DNA of 64,000 nt from Eledone cirrhosa. Lineage: Eukaryota. The notes beneath the pieces were generated by a model. That model did not search any database, was not told the DNA's origin, and saw only the letters and a program-made list of their open reading frames with translations. The position numbers and the translations under genes are program-made. The stretch lies in contig OZ024740.1 of the NCBI GenBank assembly GCA_964016885.1, forward strand, positions 180,668,001 to 180,732,000, given 5' to 3'. How positions within the stretch are numbered: the first letter of the stretch is position 1; the number at the start of each line of letters is the position of its first letter. This document shows, in pieces, positions 1 through 13,140 of the stretch.

Positions 1-188
1 TATATACATTTAGTAATTTCTGTACACAACACTGCCCTGCATATTCCGGTGACGGCAGCTGACCAAATAAGTTACACTTAGGATTATAAGATGGTGGATT
101 TATCTCTGGACCTCGAGCTGCTTTGTGTTCTTGAATAAAGTTCTTCATTTTACGCTGTCTACTGTACTAGAAGTTGAGTAGCAACTAG

Positions 189-227
189 GATCAGCTAAGG
201 AAAGTCTAACAGAAACATGTCTTGGTT
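189..227 (+). ncRNA. Degenerate minimal type I hammerhead ribozyme motif
   Basis: GATCAG-CTAAGGA-aagtctaaca-GAAA-CATG-TC-TTGGTT: stem I pairs with G-U wobbles, stem III is the palindrome ACATGT, and the triplet is GUC. The core has a G5A change and stem II is weak. Confidence 0.4.
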
Positions 228-300
228 GGTCTCATGTGAGGATCATCTGCTTTCCTTTCGTTTTATTTACAGACGCACACACACACATACAAACACACTC

Positions 301-315
301 ATACATACATGAGTG

Positions 316-381
<66 letters not shown>
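301..381. repeat. (TA)n microsatellite, one of dozens in the window
   Basis: Direct reading of the sequence. Confidence 0.98.
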
Positions 382-382
<1 letters not shown>

Positions 383-997
383 TAAAGAAAATAATTTTAT
401 TGATAAATTCCAACCCAAACTAAATGAACAATAATAATGCTTAGGAGTATTACTCCAACTATGACTACGCCTGTCGACTACCACCACTTACATTAACAAC
501 AACAATAATAATAATAAAAGTGATGTTGATGGTGATGCTTATTGAAGATTTTTTTGTAGAAACCCTAGAAAATACTATTTTCATCATTTCTAAAAATAGC
601 AAAACAATTGATGCTTTGGATAGGTTCAAATAGAAGTCGTTAGAAATGCTCAACCAACCGTGACGCCTAAACCAATCAGCTTTAGTAATTTAGTGAAACT
701 CCACACCGATTGGTCGAAATAGAGTTTGCAAAACGTAGCATTCTGTAGCCCCTTTTTTCTGTATAAAAGGCAGAGCATTTACCCATCTCATTACAGTTGA
801 AAATTGCAAACTTCACTGTCAACACTGAATGTGAACCTGAATATTGCGAAAGCATGAACGTTCTTGTTCAATTAACACTTAACATTTAATATTCTGCCAT
901 ACTATTTCATAATAATATCACTATAATGTTAAGGTATTGTAAATAAAACGAGTAAATCAGATAAAGTTGGAATTCCGTTTATTAATATAATCTTCCA
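382..997 (+). mobile_element. 5'-truncated 3' end (pLTR) of the PLE family at 29155-31710
   Basis: Colinear with 31118-31710 (AAAGAAAATAATTTTATTGATAAATTC... through ...AAAGTTGGAATTCC). Flanked on both sides by TA-rich repeats. Confidence 0.85.
832..870 (+). ncRNA. Mutated copy of the PLE hammerhead at 31549-31587
   Basis: TGAAC-CTGAATA-ttgcgaaagcat-GAAC-gttc-TT-GTTCA. Homologous position, with core substitutions. Confidence 0.6.
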
Positions 998-1024
998 TAC
1001 ACAATCATACACACCCGTGTATAT

Positions 1025-1091
<67 letters not shown>

Positions 1092-1716
1092 TACCATGTT
1101 GTTTGTTTACTGTTCCCCATCCAATTCGCTCTGTCCCAATAACTTAAATTTGTTATTGCTCGCAGTGATTTTGAGGTGTCTGGTCTTTAAAGCGAAGAAA
1201 TACCAATGATAATCAGTAGATCACTGATGATGGACCGCCTCGTTTCTCGTTCTATTCCATTCATATGTATCACACTCGCAACAACGCAGCACGCCATTTT
1301 TTCATTCATATATATTGTTTTGCCTCGCTGTGGTTTGTCTTTTTTCTATCACCTTACTGCTATCCTCTGTCTCTCTAACCCTTCTCTCTCCTTGTACCTC
1401 TTGCTTTCATTCACCTCCTCTGCTGGTCACACATTCTGTGATTGATTGATTGCTTGCCTGTAATGTAATACAGCCAAAAGGGTGGATAAGGAGAACATAC
1501 TGTGAAAAGAGATTGACGCTGAAATCCGAATACAAATGGAATAAAACAAGTTTCGCGTAAATCGGTACACGGGTTCCCGAGATGTGGGGTTTTACCCGGT
1601 ACCTTCATAAATAGAGATAAAGAAAGAAAATTGAAAGAAAAAGATAGTGGTTGTAAGAGAGTAGATTGAAAGAGAGACATAGAGTGAGGGGAGAGAGAGA
1701 GAGTGGGTGGCGTTGT

Positions 1717-1780
<64 letters not shown>

Positions 1781-1890
1781 AAAGTGTGTGTACATATATA
1801 TGTATATGTGTGTCTATGACCAGTGTATATAGAAAACAGACACCCACATATCAATATATATATACACAAACATATATCTATATATATATA

Positions 1891-2598
1891 TATTATGAAG
1901 AGAGAAGGAACATTTAGATATAATTAGTAATAAAATGTATCATACCTAAACTGCTCCTAGATTCCTCGACTACGTAGTTTCGTGGCATAAACAAAAACAG
2001 TACATCATAAAGATATAGAGCCTTTGCGAGGTCTGCCGACTTATCAAGAGGATACCTCATTTTATAGCTTCAATAACGCGTCTACACGACGTGAGAAAGA
2101 ATCCCAAAAGTCGGAGGGGGAGATAGTCACGCGATATAACGGTCGAGAAACAGAGCTAAGCCTCTTATAACCCCGAAGAAAATACCACGGAGGCGGAGGG
2201 GGTATTTATATCGAAGCCGTAGAAGAGGTGGTAAAGGAGGCGAGAAGTATGAGTAATGGAAGCTTTCCAGCAGTCACTACACTTCAAAGATTACTCGACC
2301 AGAGGGAGTTATGAACAATATATTTAGAAACACACAGATACATGCGGACACACACATATACATGAATACATCCACACCCAACCGTGAGTCAGTGGTGCCA
2401 ACCTTACCGATGTTGCTCAATGAATGACTGGGACAGACCAATCCGGTTGAACCAGACTGAACCAGTATGAGAGTTAAAAATACATTATGAAGAGAGAAGG
2501 AACATTTAGATATAATTAGGTTGGCACCACTGACTCACGGTTGGGTGTGGATGCATTCATGTATATGTGTGTGTCCGCATGTATCTGCGTGTTTCTCA
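1891..2598 (-). mobile_element. Non-coding HHR element: ~590 bp monomer with terminal redundancy and an inverted segment
   Basis: ATTATGAAGAGAGAAGGAACATTTAGATATAATTAG occurs at ~1892 and ~2484. 2519-2598 is the reverse complement of ~2325-2404. Flanked by (TA)n and contains a HHR. Confidence 0.75.
1963..2052 (-). ncRNA. Type I hammerhead ribozyme, U3-A8 core variant
   Basis: Minus strand: TCCTC-TTGATAA-gtcggca...tgccac-GAAA-CTACGTAG-TC-GAGGA. Stem I is 5 bp, stem III is palindromic, triplet GUC. Confidence 0.75.
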
Positions 2599-2604
2599 AT
2601 ATAT

Positions 2605-2686
<82 letters not shown>

Positions 2687-3198
2687 ACACACGTATATAT
2701 ATATGGGCCTTCCATTTTCATTTCACATTATATACATGTCTGAGTATATTTTAATTATTTTTAAGTGAACATGAAATTAAAAAAAATATTTTAGAGGGAT
2801 AGTGACATAAGACATCCTCTTCATGTTAATCGTCTATGAAATCAAAAATGACTGCAAAGTTTATAGCCGACTGCTCTTGTAGAATTAAAGAAAACTACCC
2901 TTTTCTCACAGAAATGTAGCCCCAACTCACTTGCGTATATGTCAGAGATAACACAAATGAACACTCACAATTCTGAAGTTCGGGAAATATACGTTCGTAT
3001 GGTGGAAAACCCTCTTAAACAACGTTTTCCCACTCATCTCAGATCTTTCAGAGATCCTAATATGAAAGACAGCATAGCCCTGGCATAACAAACTTGGTAC
3101 TTGTAAGACAAAATGCGTCCGAGATAAGATTACTTGAATATACTACAATGATCCTGTCAGTACAGCAATGGTAACAAGAGAGGCAGTCCCTCACTTAC

Positions 3199-3284
3199 TG
3201 AGAAATTTAGAATATTACAAGCTTTGTCATCTTCGGACAATACGTATTTGAACTCAAACCAACTGCTTGCTAAGTGGATATATT
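3199..3284 (-). CDS. Possible host exon of unknown gene
   Basis: Minus strand ttgtAG|...|GTAAGT with open frame (E)YIHLASSWFEFKYVLSEDDKACNILNFS, phase-compatible with 3763-3834. No recognisable homology. Confidence 0.15.
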
Positions 3285-3762
3285 CTACAAATTTGACTTA
3301 TTTTCAATCATCATATTTCAATTATTTTTCTTTCCACACTTACATAACACAACATTCTATACTACTTTACTACTTACCGTAATACATATTACCTTCTTTC
3401 TATTGCATTCCACCACATAATGCAATCCTTCTGATATAGAATTCGAACACTCACACGTGAAAGATCTCTTATTTCGTATTTAAATCTTGTAGTAATTTCC
3501 CTTTCACCTGATACACTTTTTAATAAATGACCCTCTTTAGCTCGCATTACTTTTATCGGTGTCCTATAAACTCGTATAAGCGCCTGGTGATAGTTCACAA
3601 TTATTTCTGCCTCTTATATTCTGGGGATGTGGTCAAACCTGGGGTGGCGCAACTGAACATAAATAAGTAATAGAATATTTATATTCTCTTCGCGATTGAC
3701 GAAACTAAACTCCAAGACGGAAATCATTAGACTTTGTTTGCATCAGAATTCCCGTCGCTTAC

Positions 3763-3834
3763 CGAAGCCCACATCACCAGGTGCCCCCACGCTGGACCTG
3801 CTATATTCTCCATGGTATTCTATCTTGTCACCTT
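3763..3834 (-). CDS. Possible 72-nt host exon of unknown gene
   Basis: Minus strand tgtAG|...|GTAAGC. Only one frame is open, (E)GDKIEYHGEYSRSSVGAPGDVGF. GC-richer than its flanks. Confidence 0.2.
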
Positions 3835-4598
3835 CTACACAACAACATGTAAACACCTCCCATTCACGTACACATGCACACAAATTATATTGCTGCAAAC
3901 TATACGGTCAATATTTAAAAGATATATAGTTATTGGTAAGATATCGGAAGAGATTTAAATATTTGAAATATAACTGACAAGCCAGATTTCAAAGATCGAT
4001 TTCCTTCCGAAAAGTTGGCTCCCTTGTTCTCCAGAACTTGCTATCCATGTGATGAAAAGAGGCAAAATATTTTAGAGAATTAGGATGCAGCTCAAGCCAC
4101 ACACATTTTGCGTAAAAATGAAAGACTCCAGATTACCTTCCCTGTTTTCTGCAAGTAAATCTCTACTCTTTTAAACGAAATAGAGAAGACTGAAGAATTT
4201 GTCTGGGTGCATGCTAAATTTCGAAGAGGTTCTTCCATACGTCGACAACGAAACCTAAGGTAACGCATGTATGTTAAGTGTATGAACATTTTTATGAAAT
4301 ATATATATTCCTGTATTAATCTATCTAATATTTCTTGCTATATATGTACATACATATATATATAATAAGGACAATTATTATTGTTCAACGGATTACATAT
4401 CATAAATAACATAAAGTCATATTTGCTTTATAGTTGCCCGAATGAATGTCTCACATGCGAAAGTGCAAACGCTCAATATAATCTACATGAGTGTTTGGAA
4501 CTCAAATGTAGCAACGATACCGTGTTGGAAACAAATATAAATACATACATACATACCCCCCCCCCTCATATATTTAAACACACACACACATACACACA

Positions 4599-4647
<49 letters not shown>

Positions 4648-4755
4648 CATATATATATATATATTATATATATATTGAAATAACAGATTAAAGTTTGGAT
4701 TTTAGTCTTCACACACACACACACACACCCCACACACGCACACACACACGCACAC

Positions 4756-4802
<47 letters not shown>

Positions 4803-4829
4803 TCATAGGATTTTAAACCAATACCGAAT

Positions 4830-6976
4830 ATGGACAAATACCCTTTGGACTACTCTGTAAAGAATATCCCAACACCTTCTAACACTCTCTACACGAAAAT
4901 ACTGATAGACAAAGTAGAGAAGGTTGTTAAAAGAATGAGATGGAAAGCTTTGATTCTCGATGGTCAATTTAACACGGATTCTACGGAATATTTTGACATC
5001 AAAACTCACAAATACCCGCAAAGAATAAAAGATATGACCGCCTTTGAATTAGACCTAGTTAACCTTATCAACAACATCAATTTTCGTAAGTACTCTAACC
5101 CCTTTCAATCTAAATTATCTAATGATATTTCTACTTTCAAATCTCCTAATAATAAGTTCATCTTCTCAGATAAAACTAAAAACCTATATGAAGTTAATAA
5201 TAATTTACACGACCAACTATTATTAGATAATATCACCTCTGAATACCAAATAGCTAATATAAATACGTACCATAATATATATATAAGGAAGCTAAAGAAT
5301 TAGCTGTTTCTTTAAAAATAGATAAGAGGACAGAAAAACTTGCTAAACGTTCTGCGTATATCACCCTTAAAGATCATAAACTCGACTTTATTAATCGCCC
5401 TAGTTGTAGATTAATCAACCCTGCTGAGACTGATATTGGTCTTGCCAGCAAAAAAATGTTAAATAAATTAAATACACACATTAGAAGTAGGTCTAAATTA
5501 CTCCAATGGATAAATAGCTCTTCCGTAGTACATTGGTTTAATAATATTATAAACAAAATCAGTTCTAGATTCACCCAATTTGACATCGTAGATTTCTACC
5601 CATCTATTACTCAGACCCTTTTAGTGAAAGCTTTAAATTTCGCTAGAGGGTTCACTAATATCTCCGATATTGAAGAGGATGTCATCTTGCATGCTAGGAA
5701 CACTCTACTTTTTAATGATAATGACACTTGGGTAAAAATATCTAACCCAGAGAACCCATTCGATGTCTCAATGGGCTCTTATGACAGTGCCGAGGTTTGT
5801 GATCTTGTCGGCCTATTCCTCTTACATACACTTAAAGAAAAATTTCCTAACCATATTTTTGGGCTTTATCGCGATGATGGTCTAATACTTTCCCATACCA
5901 CCATAGGCCATAACTTAGATAGATTAAGGAAAGACTTAATAAAAACCTTCGCTAGTTTTAATCTTAAAATTACTATTGACACTAACCTTTCCAACGTAGA
6001 TTTCCTAGATATAAACCTAGATTTGCCTACTGCTTCTTATAAACCATACCATAAACCTAATGAAAACTTAAAATATATAAATAAAGGATCTTGCCATCCA
6101 CCTATAGTTTTTAAAAACCTTATCCTTTATATTAGCCGTAGGATCTCCACCCTCTCTTCATCAGAAGCTATTTTTAATAAGGCATCCCCCTACTATAATA
6201 AAGCCCTCCAAAATAGCGGCGTTAGCGAACCGATTAAATACATACCTAACTACACTAACTCTATTAAACATAAAAATAGGAAAAGAAAAATAATCTGGTT
6301 CACCCCCCCCCCCCCCCCTACTATCTAGCAGTTAAAACTAATGTAGGCAAAAAATTCCTAGAACTCCTAGATAAACATTTCCCTAGAACACATATACTAT
6401 AAGATCTTTAACAGAAACTGTGTTAAAATTAGCTATTCCTGCGGTCCCCCTATTAAGTCCTATATCCTCAACAAAATATCACCTAGAGAAAATCAAACTT
6501 GCTCCTGTAGAATCAAAAGTGAATGCCCATTACAAGGTAAATGCAACACCAAAGCCATTGTATATGCGGCTAAAGTGACAACCATCAGCAACAACCATCC
6601 AGCCACCAGTGAACGATATGTGGGTATGACGCAAGACAGATTCAAAACGCGTTATTACTCACATGTCGCATCCTTTCGACATCTAGAAAAAAGATTTACA
6701 ACAGCTCTGGCTAGCAGAATTTGGGATTTGAAAGACCAAGGCATCCAATATAAACTAGATTGGTCAATTTTGAACCAATCTAAACAATATGCTAGAGGAA
6801 CAAGAAAATGCAAGCTCTGCATAAATGAAAAATTTTGGATATTGCAAAATCTTAAATCACCAAAGACCTGCCTGAACACAAAGACGGAAATTTTCACCAG
6901 TTGCCCACACATGAAATCACACCTGCTTTCCAGCTCATATAAACTTAACACACTTTCAGATACTTATCCTCCATAA
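4830..6976 (+). pseudogene. Frameshifted PLE polyprotein (RT + Cys linker + GIY-YIG endonuclease)
   Basis: Motifs YSVKNIPTPS, KRMRW, LKDHK, FDIVDFYPSI, MGSYDSAEVCDLVG, YRDDGL, FLD, WFTPP, CSCR-x4-CPLQGKC, IVY...YVGMT...RYYSH and CKLCINEK. Frameshifts at a TA slip (~5280) and a poly-C run (~6305). Confidence 0.92.
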
Positions 6977-8190
6977 ACTCTTATTATTCTCTTTTTAATT
7001 ACCCTTTCTGACTTACTTTCATTTTTATCCTTGTCAATAATTTCATTTATTTTCACTTTTATTTATTTTTACTTCACCCCCCCCCCCTTTATTCTCCGAT
7101 CCACTTCCTATTTTCTATTTTTTACTTCCCCTTCTTTTACTTCCCTTTTTCCTCCACTAACTGATTACACTTGTTTTTTGTGTTTTTTAATCCAGATATA
7201 TTATTCATTTTTATTTTAATTTTATTTTTGCGCAGCCTATCTTACAATTATATATTTGTACTTATTTATCCACATTTCAATATGGCTGAACGCCTTAATG
7301 TGTGTATACTTTTTATATATGTACATGAGTGACTACGTATGTGCGCGCGCGTGCGTGTATGTATATGTATATATATATATATATATATATGTGTGTATAT
7401 ATATGTGTGTGTACAGGTGTTTGTGTGTGCGTATATGTATATATTATGCGTATGTGTACGTGTCTTTATATCCGTGTTTTTGACATCTCGGTTTTATGTT
7501 TTGTTCCTTTTTTCTTCTCCCCCCCCCCCCCCCTTCCCTCTTTTTTTACTTACTCAGTTTCATACGTGGGCATGCAAACAGGTTTATATGCGTGAGTATA
7601 AGTATGTGTGTGTGTGTGTGTGTGTGTGTATGTACGTATCGAACGTATGGAAGTGTAAGTGCGCGTGTGTATATAAGCATAATTATTTTTATATTTCTTT
7701 TGTGAGACACGCGTGTCTGTGTATGTATGTACCCCCCTTTTTTTGTTTTCTTTAATTTTTTTCTTTCTAATATCTTTTCTTTCTAATTTATCGTTATTAT
7801 ATTTTTATAAATATATCGAGACTGATACTTTTCTTTTAATTATTACACTCCCTTTACCTCCTTTCTTTCCGCATCTAAGTGTACGAGTGTCCAGGCGTTT
7901 TATGTGCGCGCTTTCATATTCATATATTTACGATGTAACCATTTCTGTCTGTATAATACAGACATATAGATACATTTGCCCTAAATTTTAGAATTACGCA
8001 CACTTTCTCACTATACATTTACATGTGCACATATACATATATGCACATCTGTGAGCGTATATACATACATATACACACACCTAACTATACTTCTTGATAG
8101 ATTTTTATATATTTCAATTTCTATTTCATTTATCTATATCTTTTTTTGATTTTCTTGATGTGTTTTTCTAAGTATTTGCCCATGTTTTAT

Positions 8191-8268
8191 ATTGCCTCGT
8201 CTGACGAACGAATGAAGTCGTTTATTTCGTATTCGCCTCATTCGGGAAACCTCTGGTAATGAGGTAAT
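8191..8268 (+). ncRNA. Intact type I hammerhead ribozyme in PLE 3' end
   Basis: ATTGCCTCGT-CTGACGA-aCGAATGA...TCATTCGg-GAAA-CC tct GG-TA-ATGAGGTAAT. Stem I 10 bp, stem II 7 bp, GUA triplet with predicted cut after 8258. Confidence 0.9.
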
Positions 8269-8368
8269 TATATTGTATTGATTTTTATACATTAAATTTT
8301 GCTCTGATACTTACATAGAGCACTCTTCATTTCTATGACCTTTTCTGTTTCCAACGGAAATTTCAATA

Positions 8369-8417
<49 letters not shown>

Positions 8418-9195
8418 TTATACATATATATGTATATAATAACAAATAATATATCATGAAAATATTTATTGAACAACATTTCATAGTTTGTTAGGATTGC
8501 ATAATCGCATTCGCTGATAATCAGCTTTTCTCTGGGCTTCTATTATGAAATATCGGAACAAGACTTAGAAGTTATTCCCTGGGGGTAGGCATGCGTTAAT
8601 CAGATTTTTTTTTTTAATTGAGAACAAGATTACGACAAAGTGGAACACAGAATATAAATAGAATTGTTTAGAAGATTTTCGCCATTACATTAACACTACA
8701 TTTGCAGGCCATCTTCGAATGAAATATTTTCTATATTCTCTGTTTCTCTTCGCCGTATTCCTGATAGCAATTTACTACTTTGCAATCCACCCCTGCTGCA
8801 CTCGCTTACGTTTTTCCCCATGATTGGTCGATTTAACTAGGCAATTGAATTACGTATAGTGTTTTTGCAGCATTAAACTTTAAATGAATTTCTCCAGTCC
8901 GGTCTTATGTTCTTTTTAAATGAAGATTTAAGTCCATTCCTGCAGCAGCTACATGATACCGCATTTATGAAGTATGGTTTTCATAGTGTCAAGTGCTTTA
9001 ATTTATTACTGTAAGGTTTATTACCACATTGACCAGTTCTACTCATTCGTATACCAAACAACATAAATAGTGTATATATACAAACACACACAGGGACACA
9101 CACACACGTATATATATAACGAACGGAGTGGAAGTAGAACCAGATGGACCATGACGCACCAAAGTACTCAATACTTAGGTTTTTCAAGGGGGTAA

Positions 9196-9316
9196 CAGGA
9201 AAATGTTCAAGACCCCGACGGCAGAGCTCAAGCCGTTTCGACGGCCATTTCTGGAGTCCAGAAATAGCAGTCGAAACGGCTTGAGCTCTGCCGTCGGGGT
9301 CTTGAACATTTTTCTG
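9196..9316. repeat. Near-perfect ~120 bp hairpin (fold-back) element
   Basis: AAAATGTTCAAGACCCCGACGGCAGAGCTCAAGCCGTTTCGAC is mirrored by its reverse complement around a tiny loop. A diverged relative lies at 52565-52671. Confidence 0.85.
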
Positions 9317-9787
9317 TATATATATATATATATATATTTATTTATATATACGTTTGTGTGTGTGTGTATATGTGTATGTGTGTGTTGTGTGCGTTGTGTG
9401 TGTGTGTGTGTGTGTGTATGTGTGTCTTTATGTATTCATGCGAATGTTTATATATTTCAGAGTGGATATATCTATCGTGGCAATGCTTCAATTATGTAAA
9501 CGCTTGCTTATGAACCAACGCATATACACACTACCTACCCCATGCCGCATTGCATCATCAAACAATAAAACACAATAATTATTAGAAAAATGGTTTTAAT
9601 ACGAATTACATTCATCATATATATTCAATATTAACATATTTTGTTAAACTTCAGAAAAAGAATATTTAATTCATATTAAATCTTTAATATTCTGTATAGG
9701 TTTTTTCCCCAAATTAATATGGATTGACACTGAATATGCCAAGAATTCTTTAACATGATGTCTTATGTAAAATTATTCTATAGAATA

Positions 9788-9856
<69 letters not shown>

Positions 9857-11225
9857 GTTAATCTCAGTTTAAGGTGTCAATATGTTAATTTTCTAGTTAC
9901 TCTTTTTTATTGTATTTTCGAAGGAATTTTAATATCATTCTGTTAAATATAAAATCTTTTACATAATAATATGAAGAACAAGTGAGATTAAACATAGGGA
10001 GAAGGCTGACAGGAAAACAAAATAAGTGTATAGTGGAGAAATTCATTTTAAATTATTCTGACATTAAAACCATGTTCAAAGAACGCGCGTAAGTCACGCA
10101 ATCTTGTTATTTTTAATATTCTTTATATGACAGATGATGAAATATTGTCACGGCAATACCAAGAACTCTTTTCAGAAACTATAAATCTGCAACAATGAAT
10201 TATGTGTGCTTTTATTTTAAATTGAAACTAAACACTGAAATTGAGTGCAAGAGTAAGAAAAAGAGAGAAAATCAGAGACAGTGCGAGAGACGCTGTTAAA
10301 AACATTTTATTGCAGAAAAACTTTAAGCAATATGAATATTAATAAATAATTCTTTAAAAAAAAACCTAATTTTGTACAAAGTAACTTTTTATTTGCTTAT
10401 TTCATTATTTATTCATTTCTTTGACTATTCATTTCTAATCTTCTTTTTAAAATTAAGTACAAACCAAAGAGAAAGCCGTGTGCATAATAATTTGAATGTA
10501 AATTCTCTAGAAAAACAAACAAGTAAAAATATACATTGTATAAATTATTTACGTTTTACTTACTAATGTGAAATATATGACAACATTTAAATTTAAGAAG
10601 CATCAGAATAGTAAATTATAATACACGGTAGCGTTAAAATGGCATTGAAATTGTTATGTCTTTATTTCTTTGCATATATAGTTCCTATTCTATTGAATTC
10701 TATTTAAAATCGGTTTATTGTCCCGATCTGGGGAAGCATCCTCACATCTTGCTAGATTACATGAATAAGGAAATACAGCATATGAAAATATGCTGGCAGT
10801 GCTAATAGCTGGTGTCCGTTCAAAATATATAAGATAGCTATTACTAGAAGGTACGCAAGTATCAGTTATTTTAAAATATATCAGGTGATATTGTTTACTT
10901 CATACTTAAATGCCAATTAGTTATTTACCATAATGAAGTCAAGAAACAATTATTATTAGTATATATATTTATATATATATTATTTGTTTGGTTGGATGTG
11001 GATGTGGGGGTGGGGGTTAGTGGTGGTAGTTGGCTGTGGGTGCATGGGTGATAGGGGGTGGGAGTTGTTAGTATTATTATTATATATATATACATATATA
11101 CATATATTATTGGTTTGCTAAAATAATGAAATTAAATTAATTCAACAGTTAAACATACATAATAATAATGGTTTCTTTATTTATTATTTAATAATAAGAT
11201 TGTTACCTTGGGCCAGAACATTGAC

Positions 11226-11660
11226 AAGTCGACCCTAAATATTACTAATGCTGCTAGGAAAGCCATGAACGACACCACATATTTTTAACTTTGATTTTGA
11301 AAGTAGGATTATAATGATCAGTTTTCATTTTACTTTTGTAGCAGTCTCAGTGTCCTAGTTGGAGGAATTATAGACGGTGTTGACCCTGGTCTGAAGTTCT
11401 ATCCTGGTCTGGAGTAGGGTTCTCTTTTGAGATTTGTTCTATTGGTTGTAAAATAAAAACTGAAAAAAGGCTGCATATATGACCAGGATTGAACCTAAGG
11501 CCACAAACTCCACCCGTCTCTAGTACCTACAGTTGCGCCACAGAAACAAGTATCTCATGAAAATTCATACCTATAAACCTACTTTCAAATTTTCAAAACG
11601 AAGTGTGGTGTCGTTCAGTTCTCTCTTAATATTATTGCTCCGACTTCAGGTCGACTTCTA
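11226..11660. mobile_element. Old MITE-like element with imperfect inverted repeats and an internal tRNA-like box
   Basis: TGAACGACACCAC...TTTGAAAGTAGG (11267-11307) is inverted at 11578-11618. A minus-strand GGTTCAATCC B-box-like motif lies near 11490. Confidence 0.35.
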
Positions 11661-11906
11661 AACCATTTGGGGTTTCCATAAACAACATCCTCGTTTTGTT
11701 TCTCATTTAGCTAGACTAAATTTTAACCTGTAATCCAGGTTTCATTTCTGTTGTACCTCATTTCTCTCCCCCTCTCTCTCTCTCCCTCTCTCTCTCTCTC
11801 TCTTTCTCTCTGTGATATTTGAATCATCTATGATTTGGCTCAGCTTATTCCTATATATTTGTTTTTGCATGTCAGTTAGATTGAAACTTACAATGATTGG
11901 CATTAT

Positions 11907-11968
<62 letters not shown>

Positions 11969-11982
11969 ATATATAAATATAT

Positions 11983-12820
11983 ACTAGCTAAACTACCCGT
12001 CCTTTGGACGGTTCGAGTAGCTTTCGGTGTAGCTCATTAAACTAAACAAATAAATTTGAATAGATAGTAGAAAAACGTATTTATGTAAACATGAATACCT
12101 GAGGCACTATTCCAGCGAAATAATTAATATGTGTGCTCGATGTCATCCATTATAACATGTAACAACATAAATCCAGTCTAGGTATAAATATTTTTGACAA
12201 CAGTAAAAGCGCATCATGAAATAGAGAAGTGAGGGGAATAATAGACACTATTATGTACAAAGCATAATATTGTAAAAGTTATGACATCACTTAATGTATG
12301 GACATCAAACTTGAAACGATAAATTATACAATGTCAAATATATAACTTAACTTAGTAATCTGTTAGAAATTGCTGGTTGTGAAATATACAAAATGATATT
12401 GTTAGTCTCAAGGAAGCGTACCTTTTGTTTCAAGTACAAAGAGTAAATTAAAATCCGAATGAGCCGAATTACGAAAGATAACTCTTGTCTTATTTAAAGA
12501 TAACTCTTGTCTTACTTAAATATAACTCTTGTCTTACTTAATCACGAAAATTGACACAAATAACCGAAACTTTTTTAATGTCTCCAAAGGTCCCAATAGG
12601 ATTTTTGAAAGCCTTTGTAGATCATGTACAGTTTTGTGCAAGGAGATGCTCTGTAAAAAATTTCAAAGAAATTGCATGAATGGTTTAGAATATATGAGCC
12701 GTCAAGGTACCAGTAATGCACTGGTTGATTGCTGGCCTTGTGCCTAAAGTAGAAACAATTATAAATTGACAACACACACACATATACACACATACGGAAA
12801 ACTTCGTATTTATATATATA
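11983..12820. mobile_element. Non-autonomous Helitron-like element
   Basis: Terminal ACTAG followed by the hairpin CCGTCC ttt GGACGG. The other end has AAATTTCA...TGGTTT and a CA-rich tract ending in TTTATATAT, the layout of invertebrate Helitron-N repeats. Confidence 0.45.
12703..12760 (+). mobile_element. 3' fragment of cephalopod-type SINE
   Basis: GTACCAGTAATGCACTGG...GGCCTTGTGCCTAAAGTAGAAACAATTAT matches 28311-28368 and 63544-63598. Confidence 0.75.
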
Positions 12821-13070
12821 CATATATAGAGTTACGGACTAGGTCTAAAAATATTGGTTGCCAGATGAAAGGGAGCAACCTACATATAGAAAGCTATCAT
12901 TTAAGTTTTATAATGAATAAATAACATATTGAAAAATATACATAAGTGGAAACAAAATAGTGCAATCAAATTTTTGCGGAAAAATATCTTTCCTTTTCCA
13001 ATAAAAAATATTATATATTTTGCTAAATCCAGAGACTTTCAATAATGACATTAGGTCTTTCACACTCACT

Positions 13071-13139
<69 letters not shown>

Positions 13140-13140
13140 T

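Larger units (their letters stand above)
4800..8370 (+). mobile_element. Near full-length Penelope-like element (probably Naiad-type) inserted in (TA)n
   Basis: RT plus GIY-YIG ORF, ~1.4 kb 3' UTR ending in a hammerhead, with (TA)n on both flanks. Confidence 0.92.

Noticed and set aside
1520-1620. Minus-strand hairpin followed by CGAAAC between microsatellites
   Set aside because: The core is too degenerate and there is no clear stem I. At most a decayed HHR.
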